64,000 nt of DNA from Acidobacteriota bacterium (GTDB taxonomy: Bacteria > Acidobacteriota > CAIWXX01). The first letter of the stretch is position 1. Each line of letters starts with the position of its first letter. The stretch is from assembly GCA_040755995.1 (NCBI GenBank), contig JBFMAF010000010.1, positions 224,001-288,000 on the forward strand, in the 5' to 3' direction. The notes under the pieces were generated by a model. That model did no database searches. It had not been told where the DNA came from and saw nothing but the letters and a program-made list of their open reading frames with translations. Both the position numbers and the translations under genes were made by a program. Of the stretch, positions 11,158 through 20,700 are shown piece by piece.

Positions 11158-11370
11158 CTACGCGTATGCGAGGCGTCCTTTCGGCTGAGGGATCTGCCTG
11201 CCGAGTCTCGTGGCGGTCTCGATCCACTCTTCGATAACCTGCTCCGTGTTGGCGAGGGCTTGCTGGTAGGTCTTCCCATCCGCCATACATCCCGGGAGTT
11301 CCGGAACCTCCGTCACGTAGGCGTTGTCCACGTCACTTCAGTAGATAATGATCTCGTACTTGGCGTCCAT
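11158..11370 (-). pseudogene. hicB: HicB family antitoxin with in-frame TGA
   Basis: MDAKYEIIIY*SDVDNAYVTEVPELPGCMADGKTYQQALAN...IEEWIETA...IPQPKGRLAYA; TGA at 11338-11340 where the family usually has Trp. Confidence 0.85.
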
Positions 11371-11372
11371 GG

Positions 11373-11626
11373 CTATTCTCCGATGCGAAGGCCGGATCTC
11401 AGGATCACATCCCTGACTTGCTTGACCTGGTACGCCTTCGCTTTCCCTTCACGGGGCGCAGGTTAAGGATCTCCTCCACACCTTCCATTGTAAGAATGTG
11501 ATGATCACCTCTGATGCGCTCATCAAAGCCAATCCGTTTGAGCAGGTCGCACAGCGCGTCGAATGGCACGTTTGTGTCTGATCGACGCATCAGGATGTGC
11601 TGGTATAGCTTCTCGTACTTGCCCAC
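11373..11626 (-). pseudogene. hicA: HicA family toxin, frameshifted
   Basis: GFDERIRGDHHI...EEILNL, then the conserved tail PREGKAKAYQVKQVRDVIL lies in another frame (apparent 1-nt deletion near 11458). Confidence 0.85.
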
Positions 11627-11762
11627 GCAGGTAGAGTATCACGGAGATCCGCATATGTTGAGCCTCACGCGCCCTGGGCCAAGGCCACGCTCCAGCGGTA
11701 CAACCAGATGAAAGCCGGCGGTCCGCCCCTGAATCGGAGCCCCCGTTGGCCCCGAGCCTCGA

Positions 11763-12344
11763 TCAGCCGTGATGGCAGCAGGTGGTCTTGGGGCCCGAGG
11801 ACGCGCAGAGCTCGTCGGCGAGCCTGTGGAACCTCTCGTGCTCGCCCGCGCCCATTACCTCACGCTCGAAGGCGTCGAACGACTTCCCGAGCGCATCCAT
11901 CTCGGCCGGGGGAATGGCCCTCAGCGCCATGGGATACAGTATGTTGTCTTCCTTCATGATGTGAGCGCGAAGCATCGAGATGAATTCAGTCGCGTTCTCA
12001 TGGAGCGCCGCCCGCTCGTCGGCCGTCAGAGGTCCGGAACCCGAGCCGATCCGCGCCAGCGCCCGGACGCGCTCGCGCCCGTACTCGTGATCCGCAAGCA
12101 TTACGGCCACAGGCCCCTGGTCCGCGGGGAATCCGTATGCTCCCATTGTCTTGAAGAGGCGATCCTCCTCCTTGCCGTGGTGGCATCTGTCCGCGAAGTT
12201 CTGGAAGAACTCTGCGTACTTGTGGACCGTGGACCGGTCGGCGCTTCCGCCGTTGCGCGCCGCCCTGGCGTAGCCCTCCAGCGAGGTCATCACCTGTTCG
12301 ATGACCCGGTGCTCCTTCATCAGTGTGTCTATCGCAGTGTGCAT
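11763..12344 (-). CDS. Hemerythrin domain-containing protein
   Basis: LMKEHRVI, FADRCHHGKEEDRLF, MLADHEYGR, HIMKEDNILYP; AAAGGAG RBS before ATG at 12344. Confidence 0.92.
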   Translation of the reverse strand: MHTAIDTLMKEHRVIEQVMTSLEGYARAARNGGSADRSTVHKYAEFFQNFADRCHHGKEEDRLFKTMGAYGFPADQGPVAVMLADHEYGRERVRALARIGSGSGPLTADERAALHENATEFISMLRAHIMKEDNILYPMALRAIPPAEMDALGKSFDAFEREVMGAGEHERFHRLADELCASSGPKTTCCHHG

Positions 12345-12523
12345 GTTGGTGCTCCTTTCACAAAGCCTGTTATCTGACCGGATTATCCTTTGGGTGGTCA
12401 ATAGAACGTGTGTATACGCCATGCGGAGGCGATCCCGTGATCCCGGAGTGACGTTCACCCGAGTCCCCGACTCGATGCTGGCGTTTGTCCCCAATAGACT
12501 TGCAGCCGCCCCCATGAAACCGC

Positions 12524-12943
12524 TCATCTCCTGCTCGGCCTCGCGCGCAAGCCCGACCCAAGGTCGGCCACGCTCAGCGATCTCATCATCTCCCGCTGTG
12601 CCTCGCGTATGACGCTCCAGTGCTCATGCAGCGGGCAGGGGTCTTCCTTGTCGCACCTGTCCAGGCCGAAGACGCACTCGCCGTCATCCTTCCTCCCGTC
12701 GAACACTTCCAGGACGCCAAGCAGCGGTACTCTTGCGGCCCTTTTCTTGAGCTGGAAGCCGCCTCCCCAGCCCTTCTGGCTCACGACGAAGTCCCGCTTC
12801 CTGAGCTGGTTCAGGATCTTCGACAGGTAATTGGAGGGGATGGAGGTGGCCTTGGCGATCTGTGCTCCCTGGATCCACTCGCCGGGGTGATCGGCCAGGT
12901 AGCCGAGGATCTTCAGCGCGTATCTTGATGTCCGCGAAATCAT
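12524..12943 (-). CDS. Rrf2 family transcriptional regulator (3-Cys Fe-S type)
   Basis: YLSKILNQL, SQKGWGGGFQL wing, CVFGLDRCDKEDPCPLH. Confidence 0.92.
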   Translation of the reverse strand: MISRTSRYALKILGYLADHPGEWIQGAQIAKATSIPSNYLSKILNQLRKRDFVVSQKGWGGGFQLKKRAARVPLLGVLEVFDGRKDDGECVFGLDRCDKEDPCPLHEHWSVIREAQREMMRSLSVADLGSGLRARPSRR

Positions 12944-12962
12944 CTCAACACCTCAAGACATG

Positions 12963-12991
12963 AGTATATCCGTTGAGACGCAGCTCGTCAA
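12963..12991 (-). promoter_or_regulatory. sigma70-type promoter of the rrf2 gene
   Basis: Minus strand TTGACG-N17-TATACT, 20 nt upstream of the ATG. Confidence 0.7.
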
Positions 12992-13402
12992 TAGCCGGCT
13001 GCGGCGGAATTTTTCGCGCTCGCCGGTGAACACCCGCGGCGCCCGGAGACAGGATCAGACGCGCCCGGCGTAGCCCGGCCTGGTAGGGACATACAACCGC
13101 CTCGCCAGATCCGCGGCCGGCCTCGTCGGGGGATGATCGGATCGGTGGGGTCGACAGGAATTCGCCCACAGCCGCTCCGACGCCTACGCCCACGAATGCA
13201 GAGGCGGTCCCGCGGGATCAGGCTGTCGGGCCGGCGCCGCCGCCCCCGCCCCCGGCGTCGGCGTCCAACTTGACTTGTCCAGATGGGTCAATTAGGTTAG
13301 CTGTTTCGACGCGAAGAGAGAGGAACGCAGTGTGTTGACTCAGATATGGCGGCCGGCCGGGAGGCCGGCAGGCGCCTTCCAAGCGCGCAAGGAAGGCCGC
13401 TC

Positions 13403-14800
13403 ATGAAGGTACTCTTGATCTTTCCTCCCAACGTGTATTTCAAGCGGGCCAGCGAGGTGCACGTGGTGGAACCGCTCGGAATCGCCTATATCGCGGCGGT
13501 TTTGGAGCAGGCGGGCTACGACGTACGATTGATCGACGCAGACGCGGAGAACATCGAGATTCCGCACGTCTTGCAGCGCATGCGCGACTACCGCCCGGAC
13601 GTCGTCGGGTTCTCGATATTGACACCGCTGGCCGACATCGCGCTCGAGATCTGCCGGAAGGCCAAGAAGGAGCTCGACTTCGTGTCCGTGTTCGGCAACG
13701 TTCACGCCACGACGTACCCGGAGATGGCGAGGCTCGACGGTGTCGACTACGTCTGCCACGGAGAAGGCGAGTACGCGATGCTCGAGCTCGTTCGGGCGAT
13801 CGAAGGCGGCAAGGATCCTCACGGGGTTCCCGGGTTCTACTATGCCGACGCGGACGGCAATCTGGTCAATACCGGCGTGAGAGCCCGCCTCCAGCTCGAC
13901 GAGATTCCGTTTCCCGCCCGGCACTTGCTGCCGATGCAGAGGTACAGCTACGAGTTCCCGATCTACAGCGACCGCCGCAGGGTCTATGCGTCGGCCAATT
14001 TCTCGCGAGGCTGCGTCTACAAGTGCACTTTCTGCTCGTCGCCGAGTCAGTGGGAATCCAAGGTCACTTACCGCTCGGCCGAGAACATCGTCGCCGAGCT
14101 CAAGGAACTGAAGGACAACTTCGGGGTCAACACCTTCTACATCCGGGACGAGGTGTTCACCATCAACAAGAAGAACGTCGTCAGCATTTGCCAGAAAATG
14201 ATCGAGGAAAGACTCGATATGCACTGGTTCTGCTACGGCCGCGCTGACCACATCGACGAGGCCACGCTTACGTACATGCGCGACGCCGGGTGCATGATGG
14301 TGAAGATCGGGGTCGAGACAGGCGATCCGGAGATCATGAAGCTGATCAAGAAGGGGGAGACGCTCGACCAGCTGGAGCGCGCCTTCAGACTCTGCGACAA
14401 ACTGGGACTGTACACCCACGCGTCGTTCATGATCGGCCACCCGTGGGACTCCAGAGACTCCGTCCAGCGCACAATCGACTTCGCCAAGAAGCTCAACGCG
14501 GACACCACCGTGTTCCCCATCTCCACACCGTTTCCCGGCACCGAGCTCTGGGACATCGTGAAGCGGGAGAACCTGCTGCTCACCGAGGACTTCTCGCAGT
14601 ACGGGTACATCGAGTCGCCCGTGGCAAAGACGCTCCACCTCGACGCGCACCAGATCGTGTCGCTCCAGAAGAAGGCCCTGCGCCAGTACTACCTGCGGCC
14701 CGGATACATGAAGAAGGTGGTGAAAAGGGTCTGGCGCGATCCGCGCAGCCTCGTCATGTACGCCGCACCGTTCAAGACCCTCTTGAAGTGGATGACGTAG
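13403..14800 (+). CDS. Cobalamin-binding domain radical SAM protein
   Basis: EPLGIAYIAAVL and GNVHAT...GEGE (B12-binding); SRGCVYKCTFC; GVETG; TPFPGTEL. Confidence 0.93.
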   Translation: MKVLLIFPPNVYFKRASEVHVVEPLGIAYIAAVLEQAGYDVRLIDADAENIEIPHVLQRMRDYRPDVVGFSILTPLADIALEICRKAKKELDFVSVFGNVHATTYPEMARLDGVDYVCHGEGEYAMLELVRAIEGGKDPHGVPGFYYADADGNLVNTGVRARLQLDEIPFPARHLLPMQRYSYEFPIYSDRRRVYASANFSRGCVYKCTFCSSPSQWESKVTYRSAENIVAELKELKDNFGVNTFYIRDEVFTINKKNVVSICQKMIEERLDMHWFCYGRADHIDEATLTYMRDAGCMMVKIGVETGDPEIMKLIKKGETLDQLERAFRLCDKLGLYTHASFMIGHPWDSRDSVQRTIDFAKKLNADTTVFPISTPFPGTELWDIVKRENLLLTEDFSQYGYIESPVAKTLHLDAHQIVSLQKKALRQYYLRPGYMKKVVKRVWRDPRSLVMYAAPFKTLLKWMT

Positions 14801-14872
14801 CGAGGCGCGGCCTGGGAAGTAACTGCGGGTGTGCCCGCTCGCAACACCGCGGATGGATGTCTCCATGCGCAC

Positions 14873-14908
14873 CGTGAACGTGAACGTAGACGTTCACGTC
14901 GACGTTCA
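14873..14908. repeat. Degenerate hexamer array (CGTnnA)x6, partly self-complementary
   Basis: CGTGAA CGTGAA CGTAGA CGTTCA CGTCGA CGTTCA. Confidence 0.7.
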
Positions 14909-14956
14909 TGACCAGACTGGCCGGGTCTACCCACTGAGTGCCATCGCCCGACGAAA

Positions 14957-16054
14957 ATGCTAGTCCTGGGGATTGATTGCCGCCCGATGCTCAGCCGACC
15001 CACCGGTGTCGGCGTCTACCTCCGCCATCTGCTCCACGCGCTCGCCGCCGCCGACTCGCAGAATCGCTACCTCCTCTTCTCCAGCTCCCTGCGCGAACGA
15101 TTCGACGGCAATGCTCTGCCCCCCTTCCGCAACAGCTCCTTCAAGGACTACCGCATCCCTGTCCGCGTGCTCAACTTCTGCTGGCACCGCCTCGGGACAC
15201 CTCCTCTCGACCTCCTCTTCGGCGAGCCCGTCAACCTGACCCATTCACCACACCCTCTCCTGCTTCCCGCGCGGAGGGCCCGCACGATAGTGACGATCCA
15301 CGATCTGTTCTTCCTGTCTCATCCTTCGCTGGTCGACCGCGAAATGGCGTCGCATTACCCGGCGCTGGTCCGGAAACACGCGCAACGCGCAGACGGTATC
15401 ATCACCGTCTCCGAGTTCTCGCGGCAGGAGATCGTGAGCCGGCTTGGAGCGAGCCCGGACAAGGTCGCCGTGATACACCACGGCCCCCCGGAACGCGCGG
15501 AGTGCGCGCCGGCCGCGCGCGACTCCATTCTTCTCGTGGGCCGGATCGAGTACCGCAAGAACGTCGACAATCTCCTTCGCGCCTTCGCGCGAATCAAGTC
15601 GCGCGATTGCCGCCTTCGGCTGGTTGGGGCACCGGGCGCCGGCTACCACCACAGCCGCTCGCTCTGCGAGACGCTGGGGCTTTCCGGCAGAGTCGACTGG
15701 GTCGGCTACCAAAGCGGTGCCGGCCTCGCGGCCGAATACACGCGGGCACGGGTGCTCGCGTTCCCCAGCATCTGCGAGGGGTTTGGTCTGCCGCTGCTGG
15801 ACGCCATGCAATACGCCATCCCGATCGCCGCATCGAACGCGACCGCCATTCCCGAGGTCGCGGGCGACGCAGCGCTGTATTTCGATCCGGCGGATCCTGA
15901 CGCCATGGCGCACGCGCTCTGGACGGCCTGGGACGATGAAACCGCCCGGCAGCGCCTTGTGGAAGCCGGCCGGAAGCGACTCGACATGTTCTCATGGGAG
16001 AGAGCTGCGCGGCAGACACTGGACTTCTACGAGACCGTCGCGAGGCGCCGGTGA
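14957..16054 (+). CDS. Glycosyltransferase family 4
   Basis: TGVGVY, VTIHDL, RKNV, PSICEGFGLPLLDAM, PEVAGDAA. Confidence 0.93.
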   Translation: MLVLGIDCRPMLSRPTGVGVYLRHLLHALAAADSQNRYLLFSSSLRERFDGNALPPFRNSSFKDYRIPVRVLNFCWHRLGTPPLDLLFGEPVNLTHSPHPLLLPARRARTIVTIHDLFFLSHPSLVDREMASHYPALVRKHAQRADGIITVSEFSRQEIVSRLGASPDKVAVIHHGPPERAECAPAARDSILLVGRIEYRKNVDNLLRAFARIKSRDCRLRLVGAPGAGYHHSRSLCETLGLSGRVDWVGYQSGAGLAAEYTRARVLAFPSICEGFGLPLLDAMQYAIPIAASNATAIPEVAGDAALYFDPADPDAMAHALWTAWDDETARQRLVEAGRKRLDMFSWERAARQTLDFYETVARRR

Positions 16055-16145
16055 GGCAGACCTCGCACGGCGAGAACGGCCACTGCGTCTGCTCGTCGAA
16101 TCTGTTGTGGACTTGTGACGCTCTGTATAGCCTGGAGAGCCGGTT

Positions 16146-17246
16146 GTGAGAGTGGGCATCGACTGCATAGAAGCAGGGGGCAAGCCGACCGGCCTGGGCA
16201 GGTTTCTGCGAGCCCTGCTCGGCGGCCTGGCAGATGCGCAGACTCCGCATGAGTTCTACCTCTATCATCTTGGAGACGCCGACCTGCCGGAGGGTCCGAG
16301 GTTCATTCCGAAGAGAATCGGCGGAAGATGGCGGAGACTTCTGCGCGAGCAGATCCAGCTGCCGCGGCAGGCGAGGCGCGATCGGGTCGAGGTTTTTTAC
16401 AGTCCGGGCTACTGGCTGCCGCTCATGCTGAGCGCACCCTCCGCGTTCACTCTGCACGACGTGTCCTTTCTGAGCCATCCAGAGTGGTTCTCGGGCCGCG
16501 AGCGGCTCAAGCGGACGGTGCTCTCGCGTCTTTCGGCCCGGAGGGCGCGGATGATCGTGACGGACTCTGAATTCAGCCGCGGCGAGATCCTCCGCCACTA
16601 CCGTGTCCAGGCCGGCCGAGTCGTCGTCACAACGGTCGGAGTCGAGCCTGGGATCTGCCACGGAGGCGGCCGCGGGCTTCGTGAACGGTTCGGCATACGC
16701 GGCCGTTTGATAATATCGGTAGGATCGCTCTTCGAACGGCGCAGGACCGACGTCCTGCTCGACGCGTTCTCCCGCGTGCTCGACGACCTCCCGGAGGAGT
16801 TGACCCTCTGGGTGGCGGGCGAGAACCGGACGCTGGGACACGTTGATTACGCAGACATGGCCCGCGGATTGGGAATCGGCGATCGGGTGATCTTCAGCGG
16901 ATACACGGACGAGGAGACGCTCAGGGATCTCTATGCCGAGGCAGACCTGCTCGTGTACCTTTCGGAGTACGAGGGCTTCGGCCTGCCGCCGCTGGAGGCG
17001 AGCGCGTGCGGAGTGCCTGTCGTGACCAGCCGCGGATCGAGTCTGGAAGAGTATTTTGCGGCAAGCGCGCGGATGGTGGACCCGAGGTCGCCCTCTGAGG
17101 TCGCAACGGCGATCGCGACGATTCTGTCCGACTCATCCCAACGGCAGGTCCTCCGAACGGCCGGCCTGCGCCTCGCCGAACGCCACACGCCGCAAGCAGC
17201 CGCGCGGGCGTTTTTGAATCTGATCGAACGACTTGTTACTCTGTAG
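16146..17246 (+). CDS. Glycosyltransferase family 4
   Basis: TLHDVSF, SEYEGFGLPPLEASACG; GTG start. Confidence 0.93.
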   Translation: MRVGIDCIEAGGKPTGLGRFLRALLGGLADAQTPHEFYLYHLGDADLPEGPRFIPKRIGGRWRRLLREQIQLPRQARRDRVEVFYSPGYWLPLMLSAPSAFTLHDVSFLSHPEWFSGRERLKRTVLSRLSARRARMIVTDSEFSRGEILRHYRVQAGRVVVTTVGVEPGICHGGGRGLRERFGIRGRLIISVGSLFERRRTDVLLDAFSRVLDDLPEELTLWVAGENRTLGHVDYADMARGLGIGDRVIFSGYTDEETLRDLYAEADLLVYLSEYEGFGLPPLEASACGVPVVTSRGSSLEEYFAASARMVDPRSPSEVATAIATILSDSSQRQVLRTAGLRLAERHTPQAAARAFLNLIERLVTL

Positions 17247-17251
17247 GCGCT

Positions 17252-18166
17252 ATGTCTGATGGTGTCGCGCGGACGGGTGGCGTCACGCTCTCGATCATCA
17301 TTGTCAGCTACAACTGCCGGCAGTACCTCCTGGATTGTCTCGTTTCGATCGGGGAGGCGAAGCTGCCCTTCGATCATGAGATCATCGTCGTCGACAACGC
17401 CTCGACCGACGGTGGAATCGACTTGATTGAGAGGAGTTTCCGGTCGGTGCGTACGATCCGCAACGGGGACAACGTCGGGTTTGCAAGGGCGAACAATCAG
17501 GGGATTCTGGAGAGCCGGGGCGAGTTTGTGCTGCTTCTGAACAACGACACCGTGGTCCTGCCGGGGACGATCGAAGCGATGCTCTCACGGCTCCGGGCCG
17601 ACGACACCCTGGGGGCCGTCGGGTGCGCGCTTGAGGGGAGCGACTGGAGACTGCAGGTGTCGTTTGGAGGCATGATCGGATTCGGAAACGAATTCTTTCA
17701 GAAGGTGTTCTCGCGGGCGGTCTTCGCCGCCAGACAGAAGCTCTTCGGTCTCAGCGTCCGCTACCCGCACTGGGTCTCGGGTGCGTTCCTGCTCGCGCGC
17801 AGGCAGCTCCTCCTGGAGGTCGGCATGCTCGACGAGAACTTCTTCATGTACACGGAGGAGGTGGATCTCTGCGAGAGAATACGACAGAAGGGACTGCGCA
17901 TCTGCTACGACCCTACACGGCGAGTCATTCACTACGGTGGGAAATCCACCGAGAGGAATCGGACAAAGGCAGGGGTGGAGTACCGCAAGAGCCACCTCTA
18001 TTTCTACGCCAAGCATCACGGTGCGCGGGCAGCGCGACTGCTGAGGGCATATCTGCTGCTGAGGACCGGACTGGATCTGGCTTTCGCGCGGATTAGCGGC
18101 AACCGCGAGCTGACGGAACTGCGCCGCAGCATCTTCAGGGTCGTGAAGGACTATCGACTGAAGTGA
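17252..18166 (+). CDS. Glycosyltransferase family 2 (WbbL/rhamnosyltransferase-like)
   Basis: SIIIVSYN, VVDNASTDG, NVGFARANN, LLNND, DENFFMYTEEVDLC. Confidence 0.93.
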   Translation: MSDGVARTGGVTLSIIIVSYNCRQYLLDCLVSIGEAKLPFDHEIIVVDNASTDGGIDLIERSFRSVRTIRNGDNVGFARANNQGILESRGEFVLLLNNDTVVLPGTIEAMLSRLRADDTLGAVGCALEGSDWRLQVSFGGMIGFGNEFFQKVFSRAVFAARQKLFGLSVRYPHWVSGAFLLARRQLLLEVGMLDENFFMYTEEVDLCERIRQKGLRICYDPTRRVIHYGGKSTERNRTKAGVEYRKSHLYFYAKHHGARAARLLRAYLLLRTGLDLAFARISGNRELTELRRSIFRVVKDYRLK

Positions 18167-18172
18167 GCCGCG

Positions 18173-19645
18173 ATGTTGGAGCCCCTGCCTGAGCCGCCGT
18201 TGCACGCGCGCGCCGAGCCGCCGATGCTCACCAGCGCCGGATTGATCCTGTTCGCGAAGGTCGTTGTGCCCGCCGCCAGCTTCGCCATCGTCTACGTCCT
18301 GGGCCTGACAAGAGGGGTCGAACCGGTCGGGCAGTTCAACACCGCCATGGCCGTTCTGTCGCTGTTCCAGATTTTCGGAGGACTCGGTCTGGATTCCTAC
18401 CTGACGCGAGAGACTGCGCAGGACCCGCGAACGGCCCGCGACCTCTTTCTTCGGACCGCTCGCCTCGTGCTCGCCGTCTCGCTCGTATCGATGGCGGCCG
18501 CCGTGGCCCTGACCCTGCTGATCGGCTACGACCGCACAATCGTTCTGGCGACCGCCGTGGGGAGTCTCTCGTTGGCTCCGTTTGCGCTCCTGCCTCTCCT
18601 CGACGCCGTTTTCATCGGTCTGCACAGGCCGCGCACCGTGGCCCGCGTGGCGCTCGGGGAAAACGTCATCCGCCTGTGCCTCTCTCTGCTAGTCATCTGG
18701 CTCAGGCCTCATGTGGTGCTCCTTCTTCTTGCGCACTCCCTCGGCAAAGCGGCCGGCCTGCTGTTCTACTGGATTCCTCTCGGCAAGCTCCCGCGTGCAC
18801 GCAGCCGCCTCGAGTCGGCCTCTGCGCTGTTCCGTACCGTCCTCCCCTTCGTCGGGATTCTCCTCTGCTACGCCGTCTTCTGGCGATTGGACGTACTGCT
18901 GCTGTCGCGCCTGAGGGGGTACCACGACGCCGGGCTGTATTCGATGGGCCAAAAGGTGGTCATGGTGTTCTACCTGGTTCCCGCCAGTCTCGTGCTTGCC
19001 ACGCTTCCCAAGCTCGCCGCCGCATTCATCTCCGATAGAGACGCATTCGGCGCGCTGTACCGCCGCACGCTGTCCTGGCTCTGCTTCTACGTCATCCCCA
19101 TCACGATAATCCTCGTATTCCGAGGCCAGGACCTCTTCGCTCTGCTCGGCCTCGGTGACCGCTGGACCTCCTCCGGCAAGGCGGTCACGATTCTCGCCCT
19201 CTTGATCCCGCTGATGTCGTTCATCGAAGTGAGCTTTCGAACGATGCTTGCGGCCGGCCTCGAGCGCTCCGCGCTCGGCGTGGCGCTGCGGAGCGCGCTC
19301 GCCTGCATGATTATCCTCACCCCCGCCACGTATCGGTACGGTTGGGTGGGCACCGCCTGGGCCGTAGTCGGCGCAGCCGCCTTCGACCTCGCGCAGGACC
19401 TCTGGTACGTGCGGCGTTTCGTGTCCGGAATCGCGCAGGTGTGCGCGCGGGCCGCGCTGGCCGCCTGCGCTCTTGCCGGCCTGATGCGCCTCATCGTAGA
19501 CTACCCGCTGGTGATCTTCCTACTGGTCTCAGGTGCCGCACACCTCGCGCTGTCCTGCGCGGTCGGATTGGTGAAGCCTCGGGACCTGTCGAATCTTCTG
19601 ATGAGGCGCCGCAAGACCGAAGTCCAACTGTTGCCGCGGGAGTGA
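18173..19645 (+). CDS. Oligosaccharide flippase (Wzx/MOP family)
   Basis: Many hydrophobic segments; FGGLGLDSYLTRE, RLDVLLLS...AGLYS; embedded in GT cluster. Confidence 0.85.
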   Translation: MLEPLPEPPLHARAEPPMLTSAGLILFAKVVVPAASFAIVYVLGLTRGVEPVGQFNTAMAVLSLFQIFGGLGLDSYLTRETAQDPRTARDLFLRTARLVLAVSLVSMAAAVALTLLIGYDRTIVLATAVGSLSLAPFALLPLLDAVFIGLHRPRTVARVALGENVIRLCLSLLVIWLRPHVVLLLLAHSLGKAAGLLFYWIPLGKLPRARSRLESASALFRTVLPFVGILLCYAVFWRLDVLLLSRLRGYHDAGLYSMGQKVVMVFYLVPASLVLATLPKLAAAFISDRDAFGALYRRTLSWLCFYVIPITIILVFRGQDLFALLGLGDRWTSSGKAVTILALLIPLMSFIEVSFRTMLAAGLERSALGVALRSALACMIILTPATYRYGWVGTAWAVVGAAAFDLAQDLWYVRRFVSGIAQVCARAALAACALAGLMRLIVDYPLVIFLLVSGAAHLALSCAVGLVKPRDLSNLLMRRRKTEVQLLPRE

Positions 19646-20700
19646 AGGTCTTGAAGGTTGTTATCGACTGCAGGAAGCTCCGCGACCTCGGGATCGGCAC
19701 CTACATCGACGGTCTCGTCTCACAGCTCCGGCGGCTCGACTCGCGCAACGACTACGTGCTGCTGTGTTTTCGTCAGGATGCGGAAAGACTGCGGCAGTAC
19801 TTTCCCACCCGCGTCGTATCCGCCGGGCTCTACAGCGCGGCCGAGCTCGTCCAGATATCGAGGGCCGTGGCATCCGAGCGCGCCCACCTGTTCCACTCGC
19901 CTCACTACGTCCTCCCCTTCTTCCTCCCATGCCGCACGGTGGTCACCGTGCACGATTTGATCCACGTGCTGTTTCCGGAGTACCTGCGCGGTGCGGCCGA
20001 GAGGTTCTACGCCCGGTTCTTCCTCCGGCGCGCCATGTGCACCGCATCGGCGGTCATCACGGTGTCCGATACGAGCCGGTCCGACATGATCGGGAGATAT
20101 CCCGGGGCCGCCGGCCGCCTCCACCGCGTCTACAACGGGGTGCAGCCGTGCTTTACTACATGTGTAGTAGAATCGCGGGGCGATCCTCCGTATTTTCTCT
20201 TCGTCGGAAACAACAAGCCGCACAAGAACCTGCCGGTGCTCCTGCGGGCGTTCGAGGACGTTCGGAGCGAGACGCGCGAGCTGCGGTTGCGGATCGCCGG
20301 GTTCGAGCGGGGGCTGGAGCGGCTGCCGGAAGGCGCGGAGGTGCTTGGGTACGTTTCGCAGGAGCGGCTGGTGGAGCTCTACAGGTCGGCCCTGGCCCTC
20401 GTCTGCCCGTCCCGCTACGAAGGATTCGGGCTGCCGGCAATCGAGGCTCAGGCTTCGGGCTGTCCCGTCGCGGCTTCGGACATCCCCGTGTTCCGGGAGA
20501 CGCTCGGCGGCAGCGCGCTTCTTTGCCGCGAGGGAGATGCCGGGACCGTCGCCTCCGCGATGCGGCGGCTGCTTGACGAGCCGGGGCTGCGGGAGGAGCT
20601 GATCCGGCGAGGTCGCGCGAATATCTTGCGTTTCTCGTTCGAGTCCTGCGCACAGGAGACGCTGGCCATATACGAGCGAGTCGCGGCGGCAAGCGCATGA
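19642..20700 (+). CDS. Glycosyltransferase family 4
   Basis: GIGTYI, VTVHDLIH, KPHKNL, PSRYEGFGLPAIEA; GTGA overlap with flippase stop. Confidence 0.93.
   Translation: MKVLKVVIDCRKLRDLGIGTYIDGLVSQLRRLDSRNDYVLLCFRQDAERLRQYFPTRVVSAGLYSAAELVQISRAVASERAHLFHSPHYVLPFFLPCRTVVTVHDLIHVLFPEYLRGAAERFYARFFLRRAMCTASAVITVSDTSRSDMIGRYPGAAGRLHRVYNGVQPCFTTCVVESRGDPPYFLFVGNNKPHKNLPVLLRAFEDVRSETRELRLRIAGFERGLERLPEGAEVLGYVSQERLVELYRSALALVCPSRYEGFGLPAIEAQASGCPVAASDIPVFRETLGGSALLCREGDAGTVASAMRRLLDEPGLREELIRRGRANILRFSFESCAQETLAIYERVAAASA

Noticed and set aside
4049..11340. TGA recoding (alternative genetic code or selenocysteine) suggested by in-frame TGAs in the DUF4258-like gene and hicB
   Set aside because: Many conserved genes here end at TGA (pdxS, pdxT, metG, nnr), the two TGAs appear to replace different residues, and hicA next door is frameshifted. 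Pseudogenisation is simpler.
13270..13291. FNR/CRP-type site TTGAC...GTCAA upstream of the B12 rSAM
   Set aside because: The spacer is 12 nt, not 4. More likely a -35 box (TTGACT-N17-TAGGTT) with a chance complement.
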